Virus record (IMG/VR): IMGVR_UViG_3300027608_000026 | DNA: 64,000 bases | Reading direction: 5' to 3' (one strand) | Source: an uncultured virus (IMG/VR IMGVR_UViG_3300027608_000026) | Lineage: Duplodnaviria; Heunggongvirae; Uroviricota; Caudoviricetes | Part shown: positions 16,143 through 25,187 of the stretch, in pieces | Layout: every line of letters begins with the position of its first letter | Numbering within the stretch: position 1 is the stretch's first letter | Position numbers and translations under genes: made by a program | The notes under the pieces: generated by a model | Seen by the model: only the letters and a program-made list of their open reading frames with translations | What the model was told of the DNA's origin: nothing | Databases searched by the model: none

Positions 16143-16323
16143 CATTACCCAAAGACGGAAGCAGATGGTCTGGAAACGATAGTAAGATCTTTTTTGTAAT
16201 TCGAACTATCGATCTTCCCGATGGACACACATGGGTCCATTACAGAGAAAAAAGCAATACTGAGCCAAGAGAATACAGTTGCTATGTAGAAAGCTTCCTC
16301 CAACGTTTTAGAGAGTTACCAGA

Positions 16324-16680
16324 ATGAGATTAGAAGGTTTTGTTAAAAAGGGTTGGGGTTCTGAATTAATTTGGGCCACCAATGACAAGTACTGCGGAAA
16401 ATTGATGCGATTTAATACTGGTGCAAAGTTTAGTCTGCACTTTCACAAAGATAAAGAAGAAACGTGGTATGTATTAGATGGCTTATTTTTTGTCAAGTGG
16501 ATCGATACTACTACCGCTGAAGAATACACAACATATCTCAAACCGGGAGATACATGGCATAATGAACCATGCAAGCCTCATCAATTAATTTGCCAAGAAG
16601 AAGGTACAATAATTGAAGTTAGTACTCCGGATTCGGTTGAAGACAACTATCGTGTGGGTAAAGGCGATAGTCAAAAATGA
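16324..16680 (+). CDS. Cupin (mannose-6-P isomerase-like)
   Basis: KGWGSE, SLHFH..KEETWYV, EVST. Confidence 0.8.
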   Translation: MRLEGFVKKGWGSELIWATNDKYCGKLMRFNTGAKFSLHFHKDKEETWYVLDGLFFVKWIDTTTAEEYTTYLKPGDTWHNEPCKPHQLICQEEGTIIEVSTPDSVEDNYRVGKGDSQK

Positions 16681-17096
16681 CCACGGTGATGGTGAATGGT
16701 ACATTTGATGTACTTCACCCGGGGCATATTGCGTTGTTAAACACCGCACATAGTTATGGTGACTATCTTATTGTTGCCATTGACACAGATCGTCGTGTTC
16801 GAGAACTTAAGGGCAATAGTCGACCTATCAATAATCAAAACGATCGCAGGATCATGCTATCTGCTCTTAAAGCAGTAGACATTGTTGAATTATTTGATAG
16901 CACTGAAGATTTGATTGGTTTGATGAAACGTTACCAGCCAGACGTATATGTCAAAGGCAGCGACTGGAAACAGGATAAAAAATCTACAGCACACGAATAT
17001 TGTAACAAAGTAGTATATTTTGACAGGATTGAAGAATATTCTTCTACAGATATCATAGCCCGCTGTAGTTCAATGGATAGAACGGGGTCCTCCTAA
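16677..17096 (+). CDS. RfaE/HldE-type adenylyl/cytidylyltransferase
   Basis: NGTFDVLHPGH, LKG..RP, PDVYVKGSDW, SSTDII. Confidence 0.88.
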   Translation: MTTVMVNGTFDVLHPGHIALLNTAHSYGDYLIVAIDTDRRVRELKGNSRPINNQNDRRIMLSALKAVDIVELFDSTEDLIGLMKRYQPDVYVKGSDWKQDKKSTAHEYCNKVVYFDRIEEYSSTDIIARCSSMDRTGSS

Positions 17097-17133
17097 GACT
17101 CAAATCCAGGTTCGATTCCTGGTGGTGGGACCA
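17059..17133 (+). tRNA. tRNA-Arg(CCT)
   Basis: loop CTCCTAA; overlaps upstream CDS end. Confidence 0.88.
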
Positions 17134-17221
17134 TATATGGCCAAACTCACTGTGGCGTAGACCATACAGTTTGGTTTTCTTTTAGGTTGACTTATGGTAA
17201 AACCAGCGTTATAATAGTGGT

Positions 17222-17449
17222 ATGTATAAAATAATAGGAAAAGAAGAAACACTCAAAGTTCTTACACTTGCCGAAGCAATGAACGTTGCTAAGTGCATGA
17301 ACGAATTTGTAAGAATCGTTGGAACAGATTTTGAAATCGTTGGGATGTTTGGTGTGGACGCTGTGAAGAACGGACTATGCCCAGACGGTGTTGCCTACGA
17401 TTGGAATAAGGCATCACGTATTGGTCGTGTTAAAAAGGAACGAGTGTAA
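17222..17449 (+). CDS. Hypothetical protein, possibly leaderless
   Basis: TTGACT-N17-TATAAT ends 6 nt before ATG. Confidence 0.6.
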   Translation: MYKIIGKEETLKVLTLAEAMNVAKCMNEFVRIVGTDFEIVGMFGVDAVKNGLCPDGVAYDWNKASRIGRVKKERV

Positions 17450-17655
17450 TGGCAATATCAAGAGCAGAACAAAGTGTTACTAAGTATAATCTAGAACAAT
17501 ATCGGTTGGATCAGGCTCGTTTGGGGAAACAAAGAACCGATGATTACAGCAAAAAGATTGAAGAGCGTAGGCTTGATCAAATCATAGCAGAACGAGTAGC
17601 AAGAAATATTCGTTTAGATTTAGACAAAGGTCGACACATTGACATTGAATGTTAA
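17449..17655 (+). CDS. Hypothetical protein
   Basis: Translationally coupled ORF. Confidence 0.55.
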   Translation: MAISRAEQSVTKYNLEQYRLDQARLGKQRTDDYSKKIEERRLDQIIAERVARNIRLDLDKGRHIDIEC

Positions 17656-17665
17656 GGAGGCAATT

Positions 17666-18223
17666 ATGCCATGGATTCAAAACGTTGCACTAAGCGACAT
17701 CAAAAAAGGGTTTCATTTTGACCCCGGAGTTAATGCCATGCTGATTCAGATTGTGGATCCGCCTGGTGATTTTCCTGTACCAAAATATACGTTCAAAGAA
17801 GTTCATCAGTTTGAATTTTTAGACATTGAAGAAAAGGATTTTGCACTTGAAGAATCTATGCGTTGCAGTCACGAGCAGGCCGCCGAGCTTGTTCGATTAT
17901 TGCAACATGCATTAGAGAATAGGATGAACGTCATTGTGCATTGTGTAGCAGGTGTATGTCGTAGCGGTGCAGTTTGCGAGCTTGGTGTCATGATGGGGTT
18001 TGATGATACTGAAGTTTTTCGTAGTCCCAACCTGTTAGTCAAGCATCGCATGATGAAACACCTAGGATGGACCTATGATGAAAATGAGCCGCACTCTATT
18101 AATGGGGTGACACTCGAGTCAGGTTTGATCATTCCTAAGAAAGCAATAGACTGGACCAATGACAATGAGAAAGTTTTTACATTAGCGGCTGAGAGACGAG
18201 AACGTAGAAAATTAATACCTTGA
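17666..18223 (+). CDS. Cys-based (PTP/dual-specificity-like) phosphatase
   Basis: HCVAGVCRS (CX5R). Confidence 0.8.
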   Translation: MPWIQNVALSDIKKGFHFDPGVNAMLIQIVDPPGDFPVPKYTFKEVHQFEFLDIEEKDFALEESMRCSHEQAAELVRLLQHALENRMNVIVHCVAGVCRSGAVCELGVMMGFDDTEVFRSPNLLVKHRMMKHLGWTYDENEPHSINGVTLESGLIIPKKAIDWTNDNEKVFTLAAERRERRKLIP

Positions 18224-18275
18224 CAGACTCTGTGTCTGATGTTATAATATTACATTAAACAGTGAAAGGCATATA

Positions 18276-18446
18276 ATGGCTGGCAAAGCAAAATCAGTTT
18301 ATCTCACAGTAACTACCTTGGATCACAAAACAGTTTTCCATCGTATGTTTTTTGATGCAAAGCACTATAACGATTACGTCAAGACTGAAGAGTTTAAAGC
18401 AAAGTATCCGACAACAGAATTTAAAATTGTAAAAGAGACATATTAA
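18276..18446 (+). CDS. Hypothetical protein (56 aa)
   Basis: Promoter TTGACA..TATAAT upstream; MAGKAKSVYLTV.. Confidence 0.65.
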   Translation: MAGKAKSVYLTVTTLDHKTVFHRMFFDAKHYNDYVKTEEFKAKYPTTEFKIVKETY

Positions 18447-18461
18447 AGAAAGGAGGGCAAG

Positions 18462-19067
18462 ATGCCTAGTGTATTTTTAGTTAGCGACACGCATTTCGGA
18501 CATACCGGCGTCTGCCGCTTCACTCGTAACGATGGTGTTACAAAATTACGTCCATGGGACTCTGCTGAGGAAATGGACGAAGCAATGGTCAAGGCGTGGA
18601 ACGAAAGGGTAAAACCCACTGACAAGGTCTACCATTTAGGTGACGTAGTTATTAACCGTAAGGCTTTAAGTACCTTAGCCCGTTTAAACGGCGACAAGGT
18701 TTTGATTCGCGGCAACCACGACATCTTCCGCGATGACGAGTACAGGATATACTTTAGAGAATTACGTGCATATCATGTTATGGACGGAATGATCTTAAGC
18801 CATATTCCGTTACACTCAGATTCAATGGGGCGATTTGGCACTAACATTCACGGACATACTCATGCAAATCGTGTGAAGAAGGCTCGTGGTGTTGATGCTA
18901 GAACTGGAGAGGTTTTATACAGCGATGAGAACGATGTACGGTATCATTGCGTTTGCGTAGAACAAACTCCGGACTTTGCGCCTATCTTGTTTGAAGATGT
19001 TAAAGGGCGTATTAAGGAAGAAGGCGGTAGTATTGACTTTAGGAACGGAAACGGTCCTACAATGTAA
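18462..19067 (+). CDS. Calcineurin-like metallophosphoesterase
   Basis: SDTHFGH, HLGD, GNHD, HGHTH. Confidence 0.9.
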   Translation: MPSVFLVSDTHFGHTGVCRFTRNDGVTKLRPWDSAEEMDEAMVKAWNERVKPTDKVYHLGDVVINRKALSTLARLNGDKVLIRGNHDIFRDDEYRIYFRELRAYHVMDGMILSHIPLHSDSMGRFGTNIHGHTHANRVKKARGVDARTGEVLYSDENDVRYHCVCVEQTPDFAPILFEDVKGRIKEEGGSIDFRNGNGPTM

Positions 19068-19697
19068 TTAGGCTATTTCTACTATAGGATGTAGTTTAAT
19101 GGTTGGATGGTCTAGTAGTGGTGTATAATCATAACTGACCATCCAACCCCAACTTTCATCTTTACGTAATTTGCTAGAATCAGCTTTTGGTCTAACAGCC
19201 CAGGGTAAGGCTCCATTCATCATATGGAATCGTGCTACTGGGTCTTTTTTATTGAATATGTATTCTTGTACTTCTTCAATACCGGGATTCTTTTTAAAGT
19301 TTTTACGAAGACTAGGTATTGGGCTTAATGTAATAAACTTTGAAATTCCTACATATCTTTTTTGTAGGTCTGCGGCGGCCTCAAATATTAATTCTTTTAC
19401 AGACCCCTTGGCATTGTCTGCACCGGGTAACCGGAATACGGAATAAAACACAGCATAGTTAAAATCTACATCTTCCCGTTTATTCCAAAGTTCATTTGCA
19501 GTAGTGGGGCATTTATTTTTGAGCGCCACCTGAAGCATGGCACAAGGTTTGCCGTCCATGATAAGAGTATAAATGAGTCTATCATTTCCCAATCTTCTCA
19601 TTAAATTCTTTTTTTCGTCCGTTGGATGTACCGGATCTAATTTGATTAAATCAATCCAGTTTGAATCAAACTCAGGTTGAAGATTGCACATGACCAT
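19068..19697 (-). CDS. Malonyl-CoA decarboxylase-like protein (catalytic domain only)
   Basis: DPVHP, AVFYSV, FITLSPIP, DPVARFHMMNGA, MVSYDY. Confidence 0.75.
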   Translation of the reverse strand: MVMCNLQPEFDSNWIDLIKLDPVHPTDEKKNLMRRLGNDRLIYTLIMDGKPCAMLQVALKNKCPTTANELWNKREDVDFNYAVFYSVFRLPGADNAKGSVKELIFEAAADLQKRYVGISKFITLSPIPSLRKNFKKNPGIEEVQEYIFNKKDPVARFHMMNGALPWAVRPKADSSKLRKDESWGWMVSYDYTPLLDHPTIKLHPIVEIA

Positions 19698-19786
19698 GTT
19701 ATTACTCTCTCATAACGCTATTTATAACGGTAGTTAATTTACTCACAATTACTTGACTTAAATACAATAACATGTTAAAGTTAACT

Positions 19787-19894
19787 GTGGCTGTAAGCGA
19801 AATTGGCATAGCTCCGAAAAACCCGCCAAAGGTTTCAGGGATAGGTTTGAAGCCTAGCTTCACCTTGTAGGTTCAAGTCCTACCAGCCACACCA
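19787..19894 (+). tRNA. Aberrant tRNA-like RNA with extended anticodon arm
   Basis: GTGGCTG/CAGCCAC-ACCA, GTAGG-TTCAAGT-CCTAC, Leu-like D-arm; no standard anticodon loop. Confidence 0.6.
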
Positions 19895-19901
19895 TTTTTA
19901 A

Positions 19902-19976
19902 GGGTCCTTAGTTCAACGGATAGAATGCCATGCTTCGAACTTGGCGATGTGGGTTCGATTCCTGCAGGGCCCGCCA
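19902..19976 (+). tRNA. tRNA-Arg(TCG)
   Basis: loop CTTCGAA. Confidence 0.88.
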
Positions 19977-20038
19977 TATTATATACAAATATAATGGAAA
20001 GTTTTTTTAGGATAATTACTGATATATAGGGTAAGATC

Positions 20039-20767
20039 ATGAAAAAAGACGCCGCTTTTGACTGGTTCCAATTGGATAGAAAAACTCTTTTTGATATTTT
20101 ATATCAAACTCATGACAAAATAGTCAATCAACAACTTACGCCCGAGCAAATCCAGCGTAAGTTTAAAAATCAAATTAACCAATATATTCCTATTAGGTTT
20201 AGAAAACTTTATTCAACTAAAGTAGATCCGGGAAAAGTTTGGATCGGTGGTGCATACTATAGTGACTTTGATGCAGAATATAAAAAATGCATTGAAATTA
20301 ATTTCAATTATCATAATAAAACAAAACCTGTAAAATTAAGTCCTAGAATGTTCTCTAGAATATGTTCAACATTTGCCGATACTGTGCTACATGAAATTAT
20401 ACACATGAGACAACACCGCCGTAGGAACTGGAAAACAACACCAGAGTTTCCTAGTACGGCCAGTAGAACTAAGCAAAGAGAAGAGCAGGGTTACCTAGGA
20501 TGTAGAGACGAGATTGATGCGTATGCATTTAATACTGCCTGTGAATTACATGAAATGTTTAACGGCAAAAAAACAAAGATTATAAACTACATAAATCAAA
20601 ATCACAAAGGTAGATATACAAAAAATTGTTATATCATGTATCTAAAAGCATTTGGACACGATCACGGTCATCCTATAATAAAACATTTTAAGAAAAAAAT
20701 AGTCAGTTATCTACCGCAAGCAGAAGTTGGGAAACCATATAAAAATAGCGAGTGGATTAATCATTAA
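20039..20767 (+). CDS. HExxH zincin-like protein
   Basis: LHEIIHMRQ..Y....DEIDAYA. Confidence 0.6.
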   Translation: MKKDAAFDWFQLDRKTLFDILYQTHDKIVNQQLTPEQIQRKFKNQINQYIPIRFRKLYSTKVDPGKVWIGGAYYSDFDAEYKKCIEINFNYHNKTKPVKLSPRMFSRICSTFADTVLHEIIHMRQHRRRNWKTTPEFPSTASRTKQREEQGYLGCRDEIDAYAFNTACELHEMFNGKKTKIINYINQNHKGRYTKNCYIMYLKAFGHDHGHPIIKHFKKKIVSYLPQAEVGKPYKNSEWINH

Positions 20768-20924
20768 TCTGACAGGGGCATTTCTGCATAGCAGATAGCA
20801 GTAGGTGAGAGGCCTATCAATCTAGTCGGAGGAACCACACGCCCTGCGGAGTCCGACAAGGTTGACAACATTCCTTAATTGTTGTATAGTATAAGTTATT
20901 GCTGTATGAAGCAGAAGGAAAGTT

Positions 20925-21026
20925 ATGTTAGGTTTATGTTTATTTTTAGCATTTTGGGTAGTATTTGGTATAGGTTATCTAACTAGAGATAAATCCAAAG
21001 ACGAAGAAAAAACTTCGATCTTTTGA
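20925..21026 (+). CDS. Small membrane peptide (33 aa)
   Basis: SD AAGGA; MLGLCLFLAFWVVFGIGYLTRDKSKDEEKTSIF. Confidence 0.5.
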   Translation: MLGLCLFLAFWVVFGIGYLTRDKSKDEEKTSIF

Positions 21027-21032
21027 CCACTG

Positions 21033-21386
21033 ATGTCAGACTATCAGTTGGTCTGTTCTTTGATTAAAACTCAAGAACAAGTTGTTTACGATTACACCAA
21101 AAATAAATGCAGTCTTATATTCACTGTATCCGTAATTAAAAACAAAGTTCGGTCTAAAAAAATCTCCACAGCAGTTTTCAAGTATGATAGAGATAACAAA
21201 TGGTATCCGCATCACATTGAAGTATATTCCGGTTACAAACGAACGGGTGTTGCCACGGTGATGTACGACATTGTGCAAAGTGAGATTGACGGAGTACTAG
21301 TTCCAAGCGATGAACAAAGCGATGCGGCCCGAGAGTTTTGGCGTAACAGGTTATTGACAACTCCTCTGAATAAATATATACTGTAG
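21033..21386 (+). CDS. GNAT-like acetyltransferase
   Basis: IEV..GYKRTGVATVMY, QSDAAREFW. Confidence 0.55.
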   Translation: MSDYQLVCSLIKTQEQVVYDYTKNKCSLIFTVSVIKNKVRSKKISTAVFKYDRDNKWYPHHIEVYSGYKRTGVATVMYDIVQSEIDGVLVPSDEQSDAAREFWRNRLLTTPLNKYIL

Positions 21387-21702
21387 GTTATTGCTGTATG
21401 AAGCAAAGAGAAAAGTGTTCTGGACGGGGGTGCGAATCCCCCCATCTCCACCATAAGCATACTAGGTCGTTGAGTTAAAAAGTCGCATGTGATGCGCTCA
21501 GACTAAAATAGTATGCTTTTGATGGGGATGCATAGTTTCGACAGGGCAACAAGTAAATGAGTGGACAGCTCGGGAAAGCAGAACCCGTAGGATTGGGGTA
21601 ACTCGGTCGTAGAAGCACAACACGTAAACGCAAACGACGAACAGTTCGCATTGGCCGCCTAACAGCCGCCTAGGGTAGGAAATACCTCGTAACAGAAACC
21701 AC
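21387..21702 (+). ncRNA. ssrA: Circularly permuted (two-piece) tmRNA, tag ANDEQFALAA
   Basis: Acceptor piece with CATCTCC-A-CCA ends 21453; coding piece starts GGGGATG 21524 (G3:U70); tag 21630-21662. Confidence 0.92.
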
Positions 21703-21703
21703 C

Positions 21704-21729
21704 AAGCCCACTTCGGTGGGCTTTTTTTT
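21704..21729 (+). terminator. Intrinsic terminator
   Basis: AGCCCAC-TTCG-GTGGGCT followed by T-run. Confidence 0.9.
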
Positions 21730-21761
21730 GACTAAATAGCAGATAACAAGGATAAAATATC

Positions 21762-22490
21762 ATGGGAAGACCACTAAAAAAACGACTATTTGGCAACACC
21801 AACTTTGGGCTAGCGAGTACCACCACTGACGACGGACTAGGGGGCGGCAGAATTGCCAGTATAACAACTCAGGTCAAAGGCAGCCCCAACGTGACTGGCA
21901 CACTCACTGTGACCATACCTGCACCCACAGAACCAGGTGGTGTGACTGCAACTGCTACAGCCACAGTCACAAGTGGCAATGTTACCTTTGTAATAACCAA
22001 TCCAGGATCGGGCTACAGATCCGTCGTATTGCCCACAGTTACCAGCACCAGCGGACAAGACGTTGGCGATGACGAGGGTGGGTTGGGCTACCGTTTTAAC
22101 GCAGTGGTAACTGGTGGTGTGGAACACATTAGAATCACAGCCAACATACTGGGGCTGACTAATAACACAGCTGACATTGTGAGACAGATGAGCAGCCGTA
22201 AATTCCTAGTTAAAAACGCCAATGGTGTGGCAGCGGCTCGACTGCATCCCGCAGGCATATACTACCATAGCAACTTGCCCGCAGGCTTCATGATCTTTTA
22301 TGCAACAGACAATGCGTCAGCTAGATATGTGGTATCAAAGATCACAGCACATAGAGTGACCATAGTACGAGATCCCACAAGTAGCGGATGGTTGTTTGCG
22401 TCAGGTACCAGTGTGCGGTGGCGCAGAAACAGTGGAGCAGACGGCGCTAGAACCAACGCTGATGTCTATCTAGACACACTATTGAACTAA
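21762..22490 (+). CDS. Probable virion structural protein
   Basis: Thr/Gly-rich, ITNPGSGY motif, TAAATA upstream. Confidence 0.5.
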   Translation: MGRPLKKRLFGNTNFGLASTTTDDGLGGGRIASITTQVKGSPNVTGTLTVTIPAPTEPGGVTATATATVTSGNVTFVITNPGSGYRSVVLPTVTSTSGQDVGDDEGGLGYRFNAVVTGGVEHIRITANILGLTNNTADIVRQMSSRKFLVKNANGVAAARLHPAGIYYHSNLPAGFMIFYATDNASARYVVSKITAHRVTIVRDPTSSGWLFASGTSVRWRRNSGADGARTNADVYLDTLLN

Positions 22491-22567
22491 TTTTAGTCAA
22501 ATAGACTTTAGTTCAAATATAATACAGACTGTAACACTAGTGTAATCGATTTTGCGTTAAATAGTTA

Positions 22568-23452
22568 ATGCAAAAAACTTACCGTAGTATTTTTGTGAGT
22601 GATGTCCACTTGGGTACAAAAGACTGCAAGGCGGAACAACTCAATAATTTTCTCAAGCATAATTCATGCGATACTCTCTACCTCGTTGGTGATATCATCG
22701 ATGCGTGGAAGATACAACAAAACAAATGGCGATGGAAACAAAGCCATACCAATGTAGTACGCAGAGTACTGGGACACGCCAAGCGTGGCACTAGAGTTGT
22801 ATTCATAGCAGGCAATCATGATGAATTTTTAAGACCTATGATACCATATGGTTTTAGTTTTGGTCTGATTGAGATAAAAAATCAAACAGAACACATAGGC
22901 GCAGATGGTAAGCACTATCTGGTCACACACGGTGACTTATTTGACGGCATAACTCGTCTGGCACCCTGGATAGCTTTCTTAGGAGATAAAGCATATGACA
23001 TTGTTCTTACAGTCAACAATAAGTTTAATTGGATTCGTCGCCGCATGGGTTTTGGGTACTTTAGCCTTAGCAAGTATCTTAAGTACAAGGTTAAAAAAGC
23101 AGTAGACTTCGTGTTCAAGTTTGAAGAGAACTTGGCCAACTACTGTAAGAAGCGCGGCTTTGATGGAGTCATATGTGGACACATACATCACGCTGAGATA
23201 AAAGAAATCAACGGTGTGATGTACATGAATGACGGCGACTGGGTCGAAAGTTGTACAGCACTTGTGGAGCATCACGATGGCCGTTGGGAGATAATTATAT
23301 GGACCAAGGAGAAGGACGATGTGGATAATGTTATTGTTAGCGATACATTCAAACAATCCAAACGACATTCCCGGAAGGATAAGTCTGTTGTTTCCGGACC
23401 AGAAATCGTGCGAATTGACTCTGAAGACAATGTCATATCAACTAAAGTTTGA
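22568..23452 (+). CDS. PlcP/LpxH2-like metallophosphoesterase (phospholipase C)
   Basis: YRSIFVSDVHLG, LVGDIID.W, GNHD, HGD.FD, CGHIH, NDGDWVESCTALVE. Confidence 0.85.
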   Translation: MQKTYRSIFVSDVHLGTKDCKAEQLNNFLKHNSCDTLYLVGDIIDAWKIQQNKWRWKQSHTNVVRRVLGHAKRGTRVVFIAGNHDEFLRPMIPYGFSFGLIEIKNQTEHIGADGKHYLVTHGDLFDGITRLAPWIAFLGDKAYDIVLTVNNKFNWIRRRMGFGYFSLSKYLKYKVKKAVDFVFKFEENLANYCKKRGFDGVICGHIHHAEIKEINGVMYMNDGDWVESCTALVEHHDGRWEIIIWTKEKDDVDNVIVSDTFKQSKRHSRKDKSVVSGPEIVRIDSEDNVISTKV

Positions 23453-23492
23453 AAGTTTTAAGGTAGTAGGCGAATGCAAAAAACAATCCTAA
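23319..23492 (+). CDS. Small overlapping protein (57 aa)
   Basis: SD AAGGAG; MWIMLLLAIHSNNPNDIPGRISLLFPDQKSCE..GECKKQS. Confidence 0.5.
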   Translation: MWIMLLLAIHSNNPNDIPGRISLLFPDQKSCELTLKTMSYQLKFESFKVVGECKKQS

Positions 23493-24490
23493 TTGTTACA
23501 GATAATTTACCGGAGCAGATCAATGGTGTGGTTACAACCTACAAAAATATTGAGGCGTGTGCGGTTCGGGACAACTATCGTGTTGTATATCTTGATCCCA
23601 GGAGGTTCCGCTATGTTGATTGCCCTGGCTACAACGAAGTCAAGATTGCCTTTCCCTGGAAAATGGGCCAGATATTTGAGGAGATCAATCCGGATCATAT
23701 CCACATCGCCACAGAGGGTCCTATGGGTTTGTGTGCTAGACAATATCTTGACAAACACGGTTATCGCTACAACACTGCTTATCATACTAAGTTTCCAGAA
23801 GGAATTAGAAAGCTGTTTGGCGTACCTGAGGCCCTTACTTGGCCTTTAGTACGTTGGTTCCACAAACACAGTGGTAAAGTATTAACCACTACAGATTCTA
23901 TGGTAGCAGAACTTAAAGAACACGGGTTTGACGGAGAATTAATTTCATGGACTCGCGGAGTCGATCGTGATATATTCAATCCAAGTCAGCGTACAGGCAC
24001 AGTAGTAAATGGCCCTATACTAGTATGTGTTAGCCGTGTGAGCAAAGAAAAGAATCTAGAAGCGTTCTTTGAAATGCCCTATGCGGGTGTTAAGTTCATG
24101 GTAGGTGATGGTCCTATGTTGGAAGAGTACAGAACGCAGTATCCCGATGTAAAGTTTGTGGGTGCCAAGCGTGGTCAAGAACTAGCCAAATACTTTGCCA
24201 TGGCAGATGTATTTGTATTTCCCAGCCGTTGGGAAACATTTGGTATTGTTATGATTGAAGCAATGGCTTGCGGAACTCCTGTTGCCGCATATCCCGTACA
24301 AGGACCCTTGGATGTTATCGAACAGGGAGTAACTGGATTTATGGAAGAAGATTTAGCCACTGCTGTATATCGTTGTATGGGACTTAATAGAGACACAGTA
24401 TTAGCAGGTAGCCAGAAATGGTCATGGCAGAGAGCTTGGGAGATATTCCGAGATAATTTAGTAGAAAAAGAAAAATTGGCTGCAAATTAA
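23474..24490 (+). CDS. GT4 glycosyltransferase, Agt-like
   Basis: IVTD..QINGVVTT, HIATEGP, YHTKFPE, RGVD, ETFGIVMIEAMACGTPV. Confidence 0.88.
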   Translation: MQKTILIVTDNLPEQINGVVTTYKNIEACAVRDNYRVVYLDPRRFRYVDCPGYNEVKIAFPWKMGQIFEEINPDHIHIATEGPMGLCARQYLDKHGYRYNTAYHTKFPEGIRKLFGVPEALTWPLVRWFHKHSGKVLTTTDSMVAELKEHGFDGELISWTRGVDRDIFNPSQRTGTVVNGPILVCVSRVSKEKNLEAFFEMPYAGVKFMVGDGPMLEEYRTQYPDVKFVGAKRGQELAKYFAMADVFVFPSRWETFGIVMIEAMACGTPVAAYPVQGPLDVIEQGVTGFMEEDLATAVYRCMGLNRDTVLAGSQKWSWQRAWEIFRDNLVEKEKLAAN

Positions 24491-24582
24491 GCAATAATAA
24501 ACCAATATCTGTTGACATTGTAGTTAACGCGGATATATAATAGAGAATGATTTTATAAATCATCTTTTAAAAGGAAATATTA

Positions 24583-25140
24583 ATGAAGAAGTTTATCGTA
24601 ATGGCCGCATTGTTGGCCGCAGGTACTGCCTTTGCAGGTGGGTTTGGCGCTGTTGAATACAGTAGCCGTGATGGTGTAGACAGTACCGCAGACGCTCGTG
24701 CTACTAAAGTAACAATGGGCACAGACCTAAATCAGACATTCAAAGCTGATTTTAGCCTGCGTCAAAAGACTGATACTAGTAGCAACCTTAGCGACACCCG
24801 ATTTGAAGGTGGCTTAACCGGCACAGTTCCAACTGCGGTAAAAGGCCTAAGCGTTTATGGCCGCGGTGCTGTTGGTGAGAAGTTCAAAACTGCAACTAAC
24901 TATACCTACTACTCAGTAGAGCCGGGCGTCAAGTATGCCGTGACTCAAGACTTGAGTGTTAAGGCAGGGTACCGTTATCGTGCCGCAACTGACAGCGTTA
25001 ATGCTGACACTACTCGCGCATATCGTTTAGGTGCTGAGTATGCACTGACCAAGAACTACTTTGTTGGTCTAGGCTACGATCAAGTTCGCGGTGACAGCCA
25101 GTACAATGCTACTAACGTCAGCGTTGGCTTTAAGTTCTAA
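24583..25140 (+). CDS. Outer-membrane beta-barrel protein
   Basis: Signal peptide, amphipathic strands, C-terminal VGFKF. Confidence 0.75.
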   Translation: MKKFIVMAALLAAGTAFAGGFGAVEYSSRDGVDSTADARATKVTMGTDLNQTFKADFSLRQKTDTSSNLSDTRFEGGLTGTVPTAVKGLSVYGRGAVGEKFKTATNYTYYSVEPGVKYAVTQDLSVKAGYRYRAATDSVNADTTRAYRLGAEYALTKNYFVGLGYDQVRGDSQYNATNVSVGFKF

Positions 25141-25187
25141 TTAAATCGTCCGCAAAGATTGAGCGGTGCCGGAACTCGTAACCGGCA

